Positions 40,292 to 51,536 of a stretch of DNA of 64,000 bases are shown here, one piece after another. The position numbers were made by a program, and so were the translations under genes. The first letter of the stretch is position 1; every line of letters starts with the position of its first letter. A model generated the notes under the pieces. That model saw nothing but the letters and a program-made list of their open reading frames with translations. It did no database searches and was not told the DNA's origin. The stretch lies in the NCBI GenBank assembly GCA_963798845.1, contig CAWCUS010000006.1:480001-544000 (forward strand). Reading direction: 5' to 3'. This stretch comes from an uncultured Gemmatimonadales bacterium. GTDB lineage: Bacteria > Gemmatimonadota > Gemmatimonadetes > Longimicrobiales > RSA9.

Positions 40292-41232
40292 CGCCGCCGA
40301 TCTTCCTCGAGCGCTCCCGCGGGGTTCTCGCGGTCCGCGGTCGCGACCCCGTGCGCATGATCCACGGCCTTGCCAGCGCCGACATCCGAGCGGCCACGGC
40401 CACGCAGGGCGTGTACACCACCTTCCTCACGCCCAGGGGGAAGATGGTGGCCGACGCGCGCGTCTTCGCGCGGACCGGCCCGGGGGGCGAGGCCTGGCTG
40501 CTGCTGGACGTGGCGCCCGACGCGCTGGAGCCGCTCCAGGAGCACCTGCGCAGGTACGTGCCGCCGCTGTTCGCGCGGGCGGAGGACGTGAGCGAGGCGT
40601 GGGCGGTGGTGGGGGTCTACGGCGGGGGCGCGAGCGAGGTGGCGGCCACCGTGGCGGCAGGCTGCGAGCCGGGGTCGCCGGAAGAGCGGGTCGTGTCGCT
40701 GGACGGCGACGAGGACGGGTTCGCCGTCCATACGCTGCTCACGGGCGACGACGGCTGGGACGTCTTCGTCCCGGCCGGCCGCGCGGGCAGCGTCGGCGAC
40801 GCGATGGTCGCCGCGGGCGCGCGCCCGGGCGCCCCCGAGACGCTGGAAGCGCTCCGCGTCGCGGCGGGACGGCCGCGCTGGGGGCGGGAGCTCACGGCGG
40901 AGGTGATCCCGCTGGAAGCCGGCCTGCTCGAGCGCGCGATCAGCCAGACCAAGGGGTGCTACACGGGGCAGGAAGTGATCGTCCGGATCCTGCACCGGGG
41001 GCACGTCAACCGCGAGCTGCGCCGCCTCGAGTTCGCCGAAGGCGCGCCGCCTGTGGGAACGGAGCTGTTCGACCCGGAGACGGGGCGGTCGAGGGGTGTG
41101 GTGACGAGCGCGGTGGAGAACCCGGCCGGCGCGCTGGGGCTCGGCTACGTGCGCCGGGAGGTGGAGCCGCCGGCGCAGCTGCGCGCGGGGTCGCCCGAAG
41201 GCGCCCCGGTCAACGTGCACGCGCTCGACTGA
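40288..41232 (+). CDS. ygfZ: YgfZ/GcvT-like folate-binding protein
   Basis: Signature KGCYTGQE and LTPRGKMVAD. The GTG start overlaps the upstream stop. Confidence 0.9.
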   Translation: MTPPIFLERSRGVLAVRGRDPVRMIHGLASADIRAATATQGVYTTFLTPRGKMVADARVFARTGPGGEAWLLLDVAPDALEPLQEHLRRYVPPLFARAEDVSEAWAVVGVYGGGASEVAATVAAGCEPGSPEERVVSLDGDEDGFAVHTLLTGDDGWDVFVPAGRAGSVGDAMVAAGARPGAPETLEALRVAAGRPRWGRELTAEVIPLEAGLLERAISQTKGCYTGQEVIVRILHRGHVNRELRRLEFAEGAPPVGTELFDPETGRSRGVVTSAVENPAGALGLGYVRREVEPPAQLRAGSPEGAPVNVHALD

Positions 41233-41239
41233 GCGCGGC

Positions 41240-42496
41240 ATGAGCGGCACGGGGGCTGCCACGGTCCGGGGCTCGGGCCCCGTGGAGGACCGCCCGCGGC
41301 GGCGGAGCGGGCTCCGCTTCGGCCCGGGCGCCGTGGTCGCGGCGGCGTTCATCGGGCCGGGGACCGTGACCACCGCCACGCTGGCGGGCGTGGGGTACGG
41401 CTACGCGCTGCTCTGGGCGCTCACTTTCTCTCTCCTCGCCACGCTCGTGCTGCAGGAGATGGCGGCGCGCCTCGGGCTGGTCACGGGGGAGGGGCTGGGG
41501 GAGGCGGTGCGACGGCGCTTCCGGGGCAGGGCATCGCGGGCGGCCGCGGTCGGCCTCGTGATCGCCGCGATCGCGTTCGGCAACGCGGCGTACGAGACCG
41601 GAAACCTCCTGGGCGCCGGGCTCGGGGCGGAGGCGGTGTGGGGGGGCACGACGCGGACGTGGGCCATCGTCGCGGGGTTCGCCGCCTACCTCCTCCTGCG
41701 CACCGGCAGCTACCGCGTGGTGGAGCGCGTGCTGGTCGGCCTCGTCGCGCTCATGTCCGCCGCCTTCCTCGCCACCGCCGTGGTCAGTCGACCCGCGCTG
41801 GCTCCGCTCCTCCGGGGCGCGTTCGTTCCGTCGCTGCCCGGGGGCGCCGGGGTGCTCTACGTCGCCGGGCTGGTGGGGACCACGGTCGTCCCGTACAACC
41901 TGTTCCTCCACGCGGCCGCGGTGCGGGAGCGGTGGAGCGGGCCGGAGGACCTGAAAGCGGCGAGGGTGGACCTGGGGGTGAGCATCGTGGTGGGCGCGCT
42001 CGTGTCCATGGCGATCGTGACCACGGCCGCGGCCATGGGCTCGGCAGCGGGGATCCGCAACGCCGCCGACATGGCGGTGCAGCTGGAGCCGCTGCTCGGA
42101 TCGTGGGCCCGGTACTTCTTCGCGGCGGGGCTCCTGGCGGCCGGCCTCACGTCCGCCATCACCGCGCCGCTGGCCGCCGCGTACGCTACTGCCGGCGCCC
42201 TCGGGTGGCGGCGAAGCCTGTCCGACACGCGCTTCCGGCTGGTCTGGATGGCCGTGCTCGCCGCCGGGATCATCTTCTCGGGACTCGGCGTCCAGCCCGT
42301 GCCGGCCATCCTCTTCGCCCAGGTGGCCAACGGGATCCTGCTCCCCGCGCTCGCGGTCTTCCTGCTCCTGGCGGCCAACGACCGCGCGGCCATGGGCGAG
42401 CGCGCGAACGGCCCGGCGCTCAACGCGGCGGGCGCCATCGTCGTGCTGGTGGCGCTCGCGCTGGGGCTGCGGGCGCTCTGGAGCGCGCTCTCCTGA
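41240..42496 (+). CDS. NRAMP-related transporter (YcsG-like subgroup)
   Basis: GPGAVVAAAFIGPGT, QEMAARLG and VGTTVVPYNLFLH. It lacks the canonical MntH DPGN motif. Confidence 0.82.
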   Translation: MSGTGAATVRGSGPVEDRPRRRSGLRFGPGAVVAAAFIGPGTVTTATLAGVGYGYALLWALTFSLLATLVLQEMAARLGLVTGEGLGEAVRRRFRGRASRAAAVGLVIAAIAFGNAAYETGNLLGAGLGAEAVWGGTTRTWAIVAGFAAYLLLRTGSYRVVERVLVGLVALMSAAFLATAVVSRPALAPLLRGAFVPSLPGGAGVLYVAGLVGTTVVPYNLFLHAAAVRERWSGPEDLKAARVDLGVSIVVGALVSMAIVTTAAAMGSAAGIRNAADMAVQLEPLLGSWARYFFAAGLLAAGLTSAITAPLAAAYATAGALGWRRSLSDTRFRLVWMAVLAAGIIFSGLGVQPVPAILFAQVANGILLPALAVFLLLAANDRAAMGERANGPALNAAGAIVVLVALALGLRALWSALS

Positions 42497-42509
42497 GCGC
42501 GGCTGCTGC

Positions 42510-42896
42510 GTGAGCGGCTCGTTCCTCCTGTTCGCGTACGGCTCCCTGATCGCCGCCGACGCGCCGCCCGCGGCCCGGGAGCTGCTCCGTGGCTGCGAGC
42601 GCGTGGGTCCCGGAACGGTGCGCGGCACGCTCTACGACCTGGGCGACTACCCCGCGCTCCTGGTCGCCGGCGACGACGCCGTCAGCGGCGAGGTCTGGCG
42701 CTGTCCGCACGAAACGCTCGCGGCGCTGGACCGCTACGAAGGCGTGGCTGAAGGGCTGTTCCGCAGGGTGGGCGTGGAAGTGGAGGGGCGGGGCTGCTGG
42801 ACGTACGTGGCGGGCCCGCGCCTGGGGCCGCGGCTGACGCCGCAGGCGCGCATCGGATCCGGCCGCTGGAGCGGGAGCGGCGCCGCCGGGGGCTGA
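42510..42896 (+). CDS. Gamma-glutamylcyclotransferase family protein
   Basis: LFAYGSL, LYDLGDYPAL, VSGEV and LDRYEG. Confidence 0.88.
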   Translation: MSGSFLLFAYGSLIAADAPPAARELLRGCERVGPGTVRGTLYDLGDYPALLVAGDDAVSGEVWRCPHETLAALDRYEGVAEGLFRRVGVEVEGRGCWTYVAGPRLGPRLTPQARIGSGRWSGSGAAGG

Positions 42897-42915
42897 GGCC
42901 GCCCGGGCCCGGCGG

Positions 42916-44424
42916 TCAGCTCCCCGCCTGGGTCCGCTCCAGCCCCAGCTGGGTGGCCCAGCGCTCGATCTCGTGCTCCTCGAGCGGGCTGGTGAGCACG
43001 CGCGTGCCGGGCAGGTTGGAGAGGGCCGGGTGGGAGCGCTGGATGCGCGTCAGGACCCGGCCGGCGAGGTGCTGGTCCACCTGGTTGATGAGCAGCGCGA
43101 CGCGCCCGTCCGCCAGGATGGAGACCAGGTCTCCGTCGTTGAGCCGGGCCTGGCGCCGCAGCGACATCCACAGCTCGTCCGGCGCAAGCAGGTCGCGCGT
43201 GTCCAGGAGCGCGAGCGCGAAGAAGGGCGTGGGCGCCTCGTCGACGAGCTCCCGCACCGCCACTGCCATCTCCTCGGGCTTCATGGGCCGCAGCTCGCCC
43301 TCGTCGTCGCGGGGCTGGAGCTGCCGGTCGGGGCGCACGGAGCCGTTGCGCCGGTGATGTCCCCGCGCGGCGCTGATGCGGATCCGCTCCACGATCTCGG
43401 CGGGCGGCAGCTCCGAGAGGACGAAATCGTCGCCGCCCATGCGGAGGCCGCGGGAGCGGGTCATGCTGCGCAGGCCGCGGCTGGGCGCGACGAACAGGAT
43501 GGGGGCGCCGTTGCCGGCCTTGCGGAGCGTGTAGGTGAGGTTGAACGCGCGCTCCGGGTCGTACGGGTCGACGCCGAGCACGAGCACGCCGTACCGGGCT
43601 TCGAGGAGCTTCACGAGCGAGCCCTGGAGCTCGTTGTAGAGCTCCACCTCGAAGCTCGAGGACAGCGCGTGCACCACTTCCGGGGGGAGCACGGCGGACT
43701 CGTCCAGGATGGCGATGGTCCCGCGCAGTGAAGTGCGGACCTCGCGCTCGTACGCGGGCAGGTCCTCCGCGACGCCGCCCCCGCTGCGCAGCGTGTAGAG
43801 GAAGGGCTCGGTGGAGAAGCTGTGCTGGCGGACGCTGCGGAACGAGAGCCGCTTGCGGCCGCGTCCCAGCGGCTCCATCTCCAGCACTGCCGAGACGTCC
43901 TGCTCGATGGTGTGGAGGACGTCGTCGGAGAGCGCCACCATGTCGCTGTTGCTGGCGACCAGGTAGCTGGACGCGCCCGACTGCGCCAGGAACCCCATGA
44001 GCGCCCGCGCGGTGGCCTGGGGCGTGTGGGAGTCCTGGAGGAAATGGCGCACTTCGTCGATGACGATGCGGGTGACCGGGCGCGGGCCGTTGTTGACCAG
44101 GCGCCTGAGCGCCTCCACGGCCGCGTGCCGCTCCCGCCACAGTCCGAGGCGACCGATCGCCTCGCGCACGTCCACCACCTCGAGGCCCGGGTGCTCGGAC
44201 AGGGAGCCGGGGCTGAAGCCCACGAACACGCCGCGGCCGTCCACGGTCGCCCGGTCGCTGCCCGTCACCAGCAGGCAGCGCTCCTGCTGCTCCATGCCGG
44301 TGATCAGGAAGTGCAGGCCGATCACGCTCTTGCCGACGCCTTCCGGGCCCAGTACCAGGAAAGCCCCGTTCGCGTCGATCCCGCCGAGCCGGGATTCCAG
44401 TGCCTCAACGCCAGTAGAACGCAT
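42916..44424 (-). CDS. KaiC/RAD55-like ATPase plus pseudo-receiver plus degenerate GGDEF-like domain
   Basis: STGVEALESRLGG, Walker A GPEGVGKS, Walker B IVIDE, receiver-like PILFVA...GLRMGGDDFV, and C-terminal RLNDGDLV. Confidence 0.7.
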   Translation of the reverse strand: MRSTGVEALESRLGGIDANGAFLVLGPEGVGKSVIGLHFLITGMEQQERCLLVTGSDRATVDGRGVFVGFSPGSLSEHPGLEVVDVREAIGRLGLWRERHAAVEALRRLVNNGPRPVTRIVIDEVRHFLQDSHTPQATARALMGFLAQSGASSYLVASNSDMVALSDDVLHTIEQDVSAVLEMEPLGRGRKRLSFRSVRQHSFSTEPFLYTLRSGGGVAEDLPAYEREVRTSLRGTIAILDESAVLPPEVVHALSSSFEVELYNELQGSLVKLLEARYGVLVLGVDPYDPERAFNLTYTLRKAGNGAPILFVAPSRGLRSMTRSRGLRMGGDDFVLSELPPAEIVERIRISAARGHHRRNGSVRPDRQLQPRDDEGELRPMKPEEMAVAVRELVDEAPTPFFALALLDTRDLLAPDELWMSLRRQARLNDGDLVSILADGRVALLINQVDQHLAGRVLTRIQRSHPALSNLPGTRVLTSPLEEHEIERWATQLGLERTQAGS

Positions 44425-44464
44425 GCGCAGCTATCCGCGTGATGGAGTGAGTTCCGGCCGGCAG

Positions 44465-45100
44465 TCAGCTGCCGCCGGCGGAGTCGCCCTGCGTTTCGTT
44501 CAGCGCCGGCCACCAGAATTCCGGGCTGCCGTCGCCCCGCACGCCGAGAACGGCCCGGGTGCCGCCGTTCTGGTCGGCGAAGAGCAGCGAGCTCTCCCCG
44601 TCGGGGGTGAGCCCGAAGACGCCGCGGGTCTGCCCCCGTTCGTCCGCGAAGCCGAGCGTGCCGCTCTGGTCGTCCAGGAAGCCCAGGACCACGCGGGCCG
44701 CGCCCGTCGAGTCGGCCAGGGAGACGCCCTGCTCGCCGTTGGCGCGCAGGGTGAGCTTGAGCCGGTCCACGCCGCGGGGGTCGGTCATGACGAAGCGGGC
44801 CGTGCCCTCGTCGTCCACTCGCCAGTACCCGCGCGCGCTGCCGTTTTCGCCCATGAGGACCACCTCCCGGGTCCGGATGCTGGGCGACGTGAGGATGGGC
44901 AGGCCGTGGTAGAAGGCGTAGTACAGCACGCCGCCGGCCCCGGCCGCGGCGAGCAGCGCGATCACCACCGCCATCCAGCCGAGGATCCGCATCCGGCGGC
45001 GGATGGCCGCGGTCTCGACCCGAACGCGCTCGGAGACCAGGTCCCGGAACTCCCGGACCAGCTCCGGCGGCATCTCCATCGTCTCGATCTTCTGGTCCAT
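44465..45100 (-). CDS. Hypothetical single-pass membrane protein with about five 23-aa beta repeats
   Basis: Start MDQKIET and TM WMAVVIALLAAAGAGGVLYY, followed by repeats of the form (L/F)AD-x-x-G-x-x-R-x-x-(L/F)G. Confidence 0.72.
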   Translation of the reverse strand: MDQKIETMEMPPELVREFRDLVSERVRVETAAIRRRMRILGWMAVVIALLAAAGAGGVLYYAFYHGLPILTSPSIRTREVVLMGENGSARGYWRVDDEGTARFVMTDPRGVDRLKLTLRANGEQGVSLADSTGAARVVLGFLDDQSGTLGFADERGQTRGVFGLTPDGESSLLFADQNGGTRAVLGVRGDGSPEFWWPALNETQGDSAGGS

Positions 45101-45111
45101 GTCAGCCGTGG

Positions 45112-46471
<1,360 letters not shown>

Positions 46472-46485
<14 letters not shown>

Positions 46486-46918
46486 ACAGCTTTCCGGTTC
46501 TGCGGGAGCCGCGACGCGACTCGCGCTGTGAAGGGCCACGACGCGGGGCGTCGTCGCCGTCGTTGTGGGGGGACCAGCTCAGGGCGTCGCCCACGCGCGT
46601 GGCCGTGGCCCGCACGGTCCCGGGCGGGAGCTCGAGCGCGTGCGACGCGCTCCTGTCCACCGCGGTCCAGCGCCAGGGGCGCAGGCTCTCGTAGATCCGG
46701 ACGATCTGCCCCTCGTCGTCGATGAAGACCACGTCCAGCGGGTAGCGCATGCCGAACATGTGCACCCCCTGGCACGGGCTCAGGAGGATCCCCTCCCCGG
46801 GCTCCGGCGCCGGTCGCAGCAGGAAGCCGCGCAGGCGACCCAGCAGGTCGTCGGCCAGCCTGATGCGGGTGCCGAGGACGGTCTCCCGGGTACGGTTCTC
46901 CACGCGTAGCGGTCCCAT
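46472..46918 (-). CDS. DUF192 family protein
   Basis: RLRGFL...EGILL..CQGVHMFGMRYPLDVVFID...ALELPPG. Confidence 0.88.
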
Positions 46919-46937
46919 TCTGCTCCCGCGGCGAGTT

Positions 46938-47864
46938 CTAGAGGCTGCCGAGCGCTTCGATGATCTGGATCAGGCCGGGCCCGACCAGCACGACGAACAT
47001 CGCCGGGAAGATGCAGAGCACCAGCGGGAAGATCAGCTTGATGGTGGTCTTGGCGGCGGCCTCCTCCGCCCGCTGCTTGCGCTTGTCCCGCAGCGTCTCG
47101 GAGTGGACGCGCAGCGCGTTGCCGATCGACGTGCCGAAGCGGTCCGCCTGGATCAGCATGAGCATGAGCGCGCGGATGTCTTCCACGCCCGTGCGGTTGA
47201 ACAGGTTCCGCAGCGCCTCCTCGCGCGGCTTCCCGGCCCGGATCTCCAGGTTCAGGAGGTGCATCTCGGCGGCCAGGGTCTCGCTCAGCGCGTGGATCTC
47301 GTCCGCCACGCGCACGAAGGCCTGGTTCAGCCCGAGCCCCGCCTCCACGCAGACCACGAGCAGGTCGAGCGCGTCGGGCAGCGCCAGGACGACCTCGTGC
47401 TGGCGGCGCCTCGCCTTCGCCCGTACCACGAGCAGCGGGAGGACGAACCCCATGGCGGCGAAGTACACGGCGCCTAGCAGCGTGACGGCCGCCTTGGTGC
47501 CGAGGATCGGAAGCGCCAACCCGGCGCCGACGCCCAACGCGGCTGCGGCCATGAAGCGGAGGCCCCAGTAGATCGCTCCCGCCCTGGGGCTGCGATAGCC
47601 CGCGTGGACGAGGAGCTCGCGCGTGGCCGCCGAGTCGGCCGTGTAGCCCTTGAGCTGCCGGCCCACCACCTCGAGCAGGTCTTCGAGCTGCTGCCGCTGT
47701 TCCTGCCGACGCCGGCGATGCAGCGCGCCCTCCGCCTCCGACATGGTCGCCACTTCGGCGACGCGCCGGGTGACGGCTGCCGGGCGGGCCGGGAGCAGCT
47801 GCCCGGCGACCACGACGAGCAGTCCGATGGCCAGTGCGGCGCTGAGTGCGATCAGGATCACCAT
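46938..47864 (-). CDS. tadC: Tad pilus assembly protein TadC
   Basis: [27 protein letters not shown] and [12 protein letters not shown]. Confidence 0.93.
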   Translation of the reverse strand: MVILIALSAALAIGLLVVVAGQLLPARPAAVTRRVAEVATMSEAEGALHRRRRQEQRQQLEDLLEVVGRQLKGYTADSAATRELLVHAGYRSPRAGAIYWGLRFMAAAALGVGAGLALPILGTKAAVTLLGAVYFAAMGFVLPLLVVRAKARRRQHEVVLALPDALDLLVVCVEAGLGLNQAFVRVADEIHALSETLAAEMHLLNLEIRAGKPREEALRNLFNRTGVEDIRALMLMLIQADRFGTSIGNALRVHSETLRDKRKQRAEEAAAKTTIKLIFPLVLCIFPAMFVVLVGPGLIQIIEALGSL

Positions 47865-47865
47865 G

Positions 47866-48840
47866 TCAGATCTCTATGGTTACGACCTTGCGGATCCAGA
47901 AGTACCCGATGATCTGCATCACGATCGCGAAGGCGAGCATGCCCCGCCCGATCGGGTGGTCGAACAGGAGCCGGACGTAGTTCGGGTTCAGGGCGTAGAA
48001 AGCGAGCCCCACCACGAACGGCATGAGCCCCACCACCAGGCCGCTCATCCGCCCCTGCGCCGTGTACGTGCGCAGCTGGCGCCGGATGCGGAAGCGGGAG
48101 CGGATCATGTTCGAGATGTTGTCCAGGATCTCGGCCAGGTTCCCGCCCACCTCGCGCTGCACGAGAATGGCCGTGGCGAAGATCCTCACGTCCACCAGGT
48201 CCACGCGGTCCACCATCCCCATCATGGCCTCGGCGAAGGGAACGCCGAAGCGGGACTCCTCGAACAGGGTGCGGAACTCCCCGCCCACCGGCTCGGTCAT
48301 CTCCTGCCCCACCATCTGGATCCCGGCCGAGAGCGGGTGGCCGGCGCGGATGGCGCGTCCGAGCATGTCGATGGCCTCGGGGAACGTCTCCTCGAAGCGG
48401 TTCAGGTGGCGGGACTTCTTCAGCTTCAGGTACGCACGGGGGATCCAGGCGCCGACGGCCGACAGGGCGAGGGCGACGATGGGGCCGGCGCCGGCCGTCA
48501 TCCCGGCGATCCCGAGGGCGAGGGCGAGGCCCACCGTGAGCACCACGAAGGTGTTCGCGCTCCACGTGCTGTGCGCGTGCTCCAGGAGGACGGGGATGTT
48601 CCGGATCCTGGGGATGCGCGAGATCATGAGCTCGAGGCCGCTGGCCTCCGGCCGCCGGTCGCGGAAGAGAGAGCCCGTGCGCTCGGGGAGGTCGGCGCTC
48701 CCGGTCATCATCTCGTCCACGCGCCGGCTCACGTCGCGCCGGCGGTACCAGGCCCGGCCGCCCTCGATCACGAGCACGATGGCGACGGTGGCGAACGCCA
48801 CCGCGACGAACACCAGGGCGGTGGGGATCCAGGGACTCAT
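47866..48840 (-). CDS. tadB: Tad pilus assembly protein TadB
   Basis: [29 protein letters not shown] and TAQGRMSG. Confidence 0.93.
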   Translation of the reverse strand: MSPWIPTALVFVAVAFATVAIVLVIEGGRAWYRRRDVSRRVDEMMTGSADLPERTGSLFRDRRPEASGLELMISRIPRIRNIPVLLEHAHSTWSANTFVVLTVGLALALGIAGMTAGAGPIVALALSAVGAWIPRAYLKLKKSRHLNRFEETFPEAIDMLGRAIRAGHPLSAGIQMVGQEMTEPVGGEFRTLFEESRFGVPFAEAMMGMVDRVDLVDVRIFATAILVQREVGGNLAEILDNISNMIRSRFRIRRQLRTYTAQGRMSGLVVGLMPFVVGLAFYALNPNYVRLLFDHPIGRGMLAFAIVMQIIGYFWIRKVVTIEI

Positions 48841-50282
48841 GACCACTCCTTGAGCGAGCGGGCGGGGCCCTGGGCGGCCTCGGCGCGCGGCCGGAAGCTC
48901 TCCTGGGCGCCGGTGCCCTCGGTGTCGGAGAAGAGGAGCTCCCCCAGGTTGATGCCGTGGGCCTTGAGCCGGTCGGCGAAGCGCGGGCGGATGCCGGTGG
49001 AGCGGAAGCGGCCGACCACGTCGCCTTCCTCGCTGATCCCCTGGCGCTCGAACTGGAAGATGTCCTGCATGGTGATGACGTCGCCCTCCATGCCGACGAT
49101 CTCGGAGACCGAGGTCACCTTGCGCGAGCCGTCGGAGAGGCGGCTGAGCTGGATCACCACGTTGATGGCGGAAGCCACCTGCTGGCGCATGGCCTTCTCC
49201 GGCAGCCGCAGGTTGGCCATGGAGATCATGGTCTCCAGGCGGCTCAGCGCGTCGCGCGGCGTGTTGGCGTGCAGCGTGGTGATGGAGCCGTCGTGGCCGG
49301 TGTTCATGGCCTGGAGCATGTCCACCGCCTCCCCGCCGCGGACCTCGCCCACGATGATCCGGTCGGGGCGCATGCGCAGCGCGTTGATCAGCAGCATCCG
49401 CTGCGGGACCTCGCCCCTCCCCTCCAGGTTCGCCGGCCGGGTCTCGAGCCGCACGACGTGGGGCTGGCGCAGCTGGAGCTCGGCGGAGTCCTCGATGGTG
49501 ACGATCCGCTCGTTGGCCGGGATGTACGACGTGAGGATGTTCAGCAGCGTGGTCTTGCCGGCGCCGGTCCCGCCGGAGATCAGGACGTTCAGGCGCGCCT
49601 GGATCACGGCGCGGAGCAGCTCGAGCATGGGCTCGGTGAGGCTCCGTGCCCGCAGCAGGTCGTCGCCGGAGAGGGTGTCCCGCTTGAACTTGCGGATGGA
49701 CAGGTGCGGCCCGTCCAGCGCGAGCGGCGGGATGATGGCGTTGACGCGGGAGCCGTCGGGGAGGCGCGCATCCACCATGGGCGACGAATCGTCGATGCGG
49801 CGTCCCACGGCGGAGACGATGCGGTCGATGATCTGCATCAGGTGGGCGTCGTTGCGGAAGCGCACGTTCGTGGGCTCGAGCTTGCCGAACTTCTCCACCA
49901 CCACCTGGGCGTGGGTGTTGACCAGGACGTCGGAGACGTCCGGGTCCTTCATGAGCGGCTCGAGCGGGCCCAGGCCGAAGATCTCGTCCAGGACCTGCTG
50001 CGTCAGCTTCTCCCGCTCGTCCAGGTTGAGGGCCACCCCCTCCGCGCTGAGCAGGGTCTGGATCTCGGGCTTGATGGACGCCGCCGCGTCCTCGCGGCTG
50101 AGCCCGTCCAGGTTGGACAGGTTCAGGCGCTCCAGGAGCTTGCGGTGGATGCGCCCGCGCACGTCCTCCATGGTCCGCGTCCCGGCGTCGCCGGTGCGCG
50201 CGATCGGCGCGAGCGGCTCCAGGGTCTCACGCGCTTCCGGACGCTTCGGGCGCCCCGGCCGTTCCGTCGAATCCATGTTCAT
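48837..50282 (-). CDS. cpaF: Tad pilus motor ATPase CpaF/TadA
   Basis: [32 protein letters not shown] and AMNTGHDG. Confidence 0.96.
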   Translation of the reverse strand: MNMDSTERPGRPKRPEARETLEPLAPIARTGDAGTRTMEDVRGRIHRKLLERLNLSNLDGLSREDAAASIKPEIQTLLSAEGVALNLDEREKLTQQVLDEIFGLGPLEPLMKDPDVSDVLVNTHAQVVVEKFGKLEPTNVRFRNDAHLMQIIDRIVSAVGRRIDDSSPMVDARLPDGSRVNAIIPPLALDGPHLSIRKFKRDTLSGDDLLRARSLTEPMLELLRAVIQARLNVLISGGTGAGKTTLLNILTSYIPANERIVTIEDSAELQLRQPHVVRLETRPANLEGRGEVPQRMLLINALRMRPDRIIVGEVRGGEAVDMLQAMNTGHDGSITTLHANTPRDALSRLETMISMANLRLPEKAMRQQVASAINVVIQLSRLSDGSRKVTSVSEIVGMEGDVITMQDIFQFERQGISEEGDVVGRFRSTGIRPRFADRLKAHGINLGELLFSDTEGTGAQESFRPRAEAAQGPARSLKEWS

Positions 50283-51526
50283 GAACCGCTCCCGCTTCGT
50301 TTGCTGCCGATCTTCCGCGACAGGCGCCGGAGGATCCCGCTCGACTGCTCCCGTACGTCGGGATCGACCGCGCGGGCGATCGCCAGGCCCAGCCGCTTCA
50401 CGTCCTGGCCGTACTTCGAGCGCGACCCGTTGGCGACCGCCGGCTCCCCCACGTTCACGGACCGCAGCACCGCCGCGTCGTCCTGGCGCAGCATGAACGC
50501 GACGGGCACGTTGAGCGCCTTGTCGATGTCCTGGACGGTGACCTGCTCCCCGTTGGGGAGGATCCGGTTGAGGATGACGCGCACGCGCTCCGGCGAGTGC
50601 CCGTTGGACATGGCGAGCTCCCCCATGATCCGCTTGGCGTGGCGGAGCGAGGGGAGGTCCGCGTTCAGGACCAGGTAGATGTCGTCCGCCTGGGCGAGGA
50701 CCGTGCGGGCCATCTCCGTGCTGGGGCGAGCCACGTCAACCACCACCACGTCGTAGTGGTGCCGGATCAGGCGGAGCACCGTGCGCACGTCTTCCGGCCG
50801 GATCGCCTCGGCCTCGTCCCGCTGCATGGGCGCGGGCAGGATGTGAATGCCCGACTCGTGCTCGGTCACCAGCGATTCCAGCAGGCTCTCGTCGAGCCGG
50901 TGGAGATTCGTGACCAGGTCGCGGATGCTGTAGCGCGGCGTCACGCCCGTCATCACGCCCACGCTGCCGCAGTCGAGGTCCAGGTCCAGCAGCAGCGTGC
51001 GCCGTCCCGTCAGCGCGTGGGCGTGGATGGCCGCGTTCACCGCCGCCGTGGTCACGCCCGTTCCCCCCTTCGCCCCCGCGAACGCCACGATCCGGCCGCC
51101 CTGGCTGGTGCCGGCCGCCGGACCCCGCCCCAGCTTGCGGCCCACCCGCCGGAGCGCCTCGTCGAGCTGGCGCGGCTCCACCGGCATGGGCAGGTATTCC
51201 GACACGCCCGAGCGCATCGCCTCGATCAGGAGCTTGGGCGGGAGCTCCGGGCCGGCGCCGAGGAACAGGCGCGACGGCCGGGCGTCGGAGAGGAGGCGGA
51301 TGTAGCGCAGCGAAGCCACCGGGTCCCCGTCGAAGTCGGCGATGATCAGCTCCGGGTCGTCCTTGTGCAGCTCCTCCAGCGACTCGCTGTCCAGGTCCCC
51401 CGCCGGCACGGGCAGGTCCGTCACCACGCGCAGCATCTCGGGGAAGTCCTTCAGGAGCCGGGAAACGGCTTCCCGGAACTCCCGGTTCCCCGAGATCACC
51501 GCGGTCCTCAGCTTGGCGTCATCCAT
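50279..51526 (-). CDS. cpaE: CpaE/TadZ (receiver-like plus MinD-like ATPase)
   Basis: [26 protein letters not shown] and ILNR. Start MDDAKL at 51526. Confidence 0.9.
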   Translation of the reverse strand: MDDAKLRTAVISGNREFREAVSRLLKDFPEMLRVVTDLPVPAGDLDSESLEELHKDDPELIIADFDGDPVASLRYIRLLSDARPSRLFLGAGPELPPKLLIEAMRSGVSEYLPMPVEPRQLDEALRRVGRKLGRGPAAGTSQGGRIVAFAGAKGGTGVTTAAVNAAIHAHALTGRRTLLLDLDLDCGSVGVMTGVTPRYSIRDLVTNLHRLDESLLESLVTEHESGIHILPAPMQRDEAEAIRPEDVRTVLRLIRHHYDVVVVDVARPSTEMARTVLAQADDIYLVLNADLPSLRHAKRIMGELAMSNGHSPERVRVILNRILPNGEQVTVQDIDKALNVPVAFMLRQDDAAVLRSVNVGEPAVANGSRSKYGQDVKRLGLAIARAVDPDVREQSSGILRRLSRKIGSKRSGSGS

Positions 51527-51536
51527 TTCGAAGTCG

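Noticed and set aside
42916..44424. True circadian KaiC
   Set aside because: It has only one ATPase domain, is fused to other domains, and there is no kaiA or kaiB nearby.
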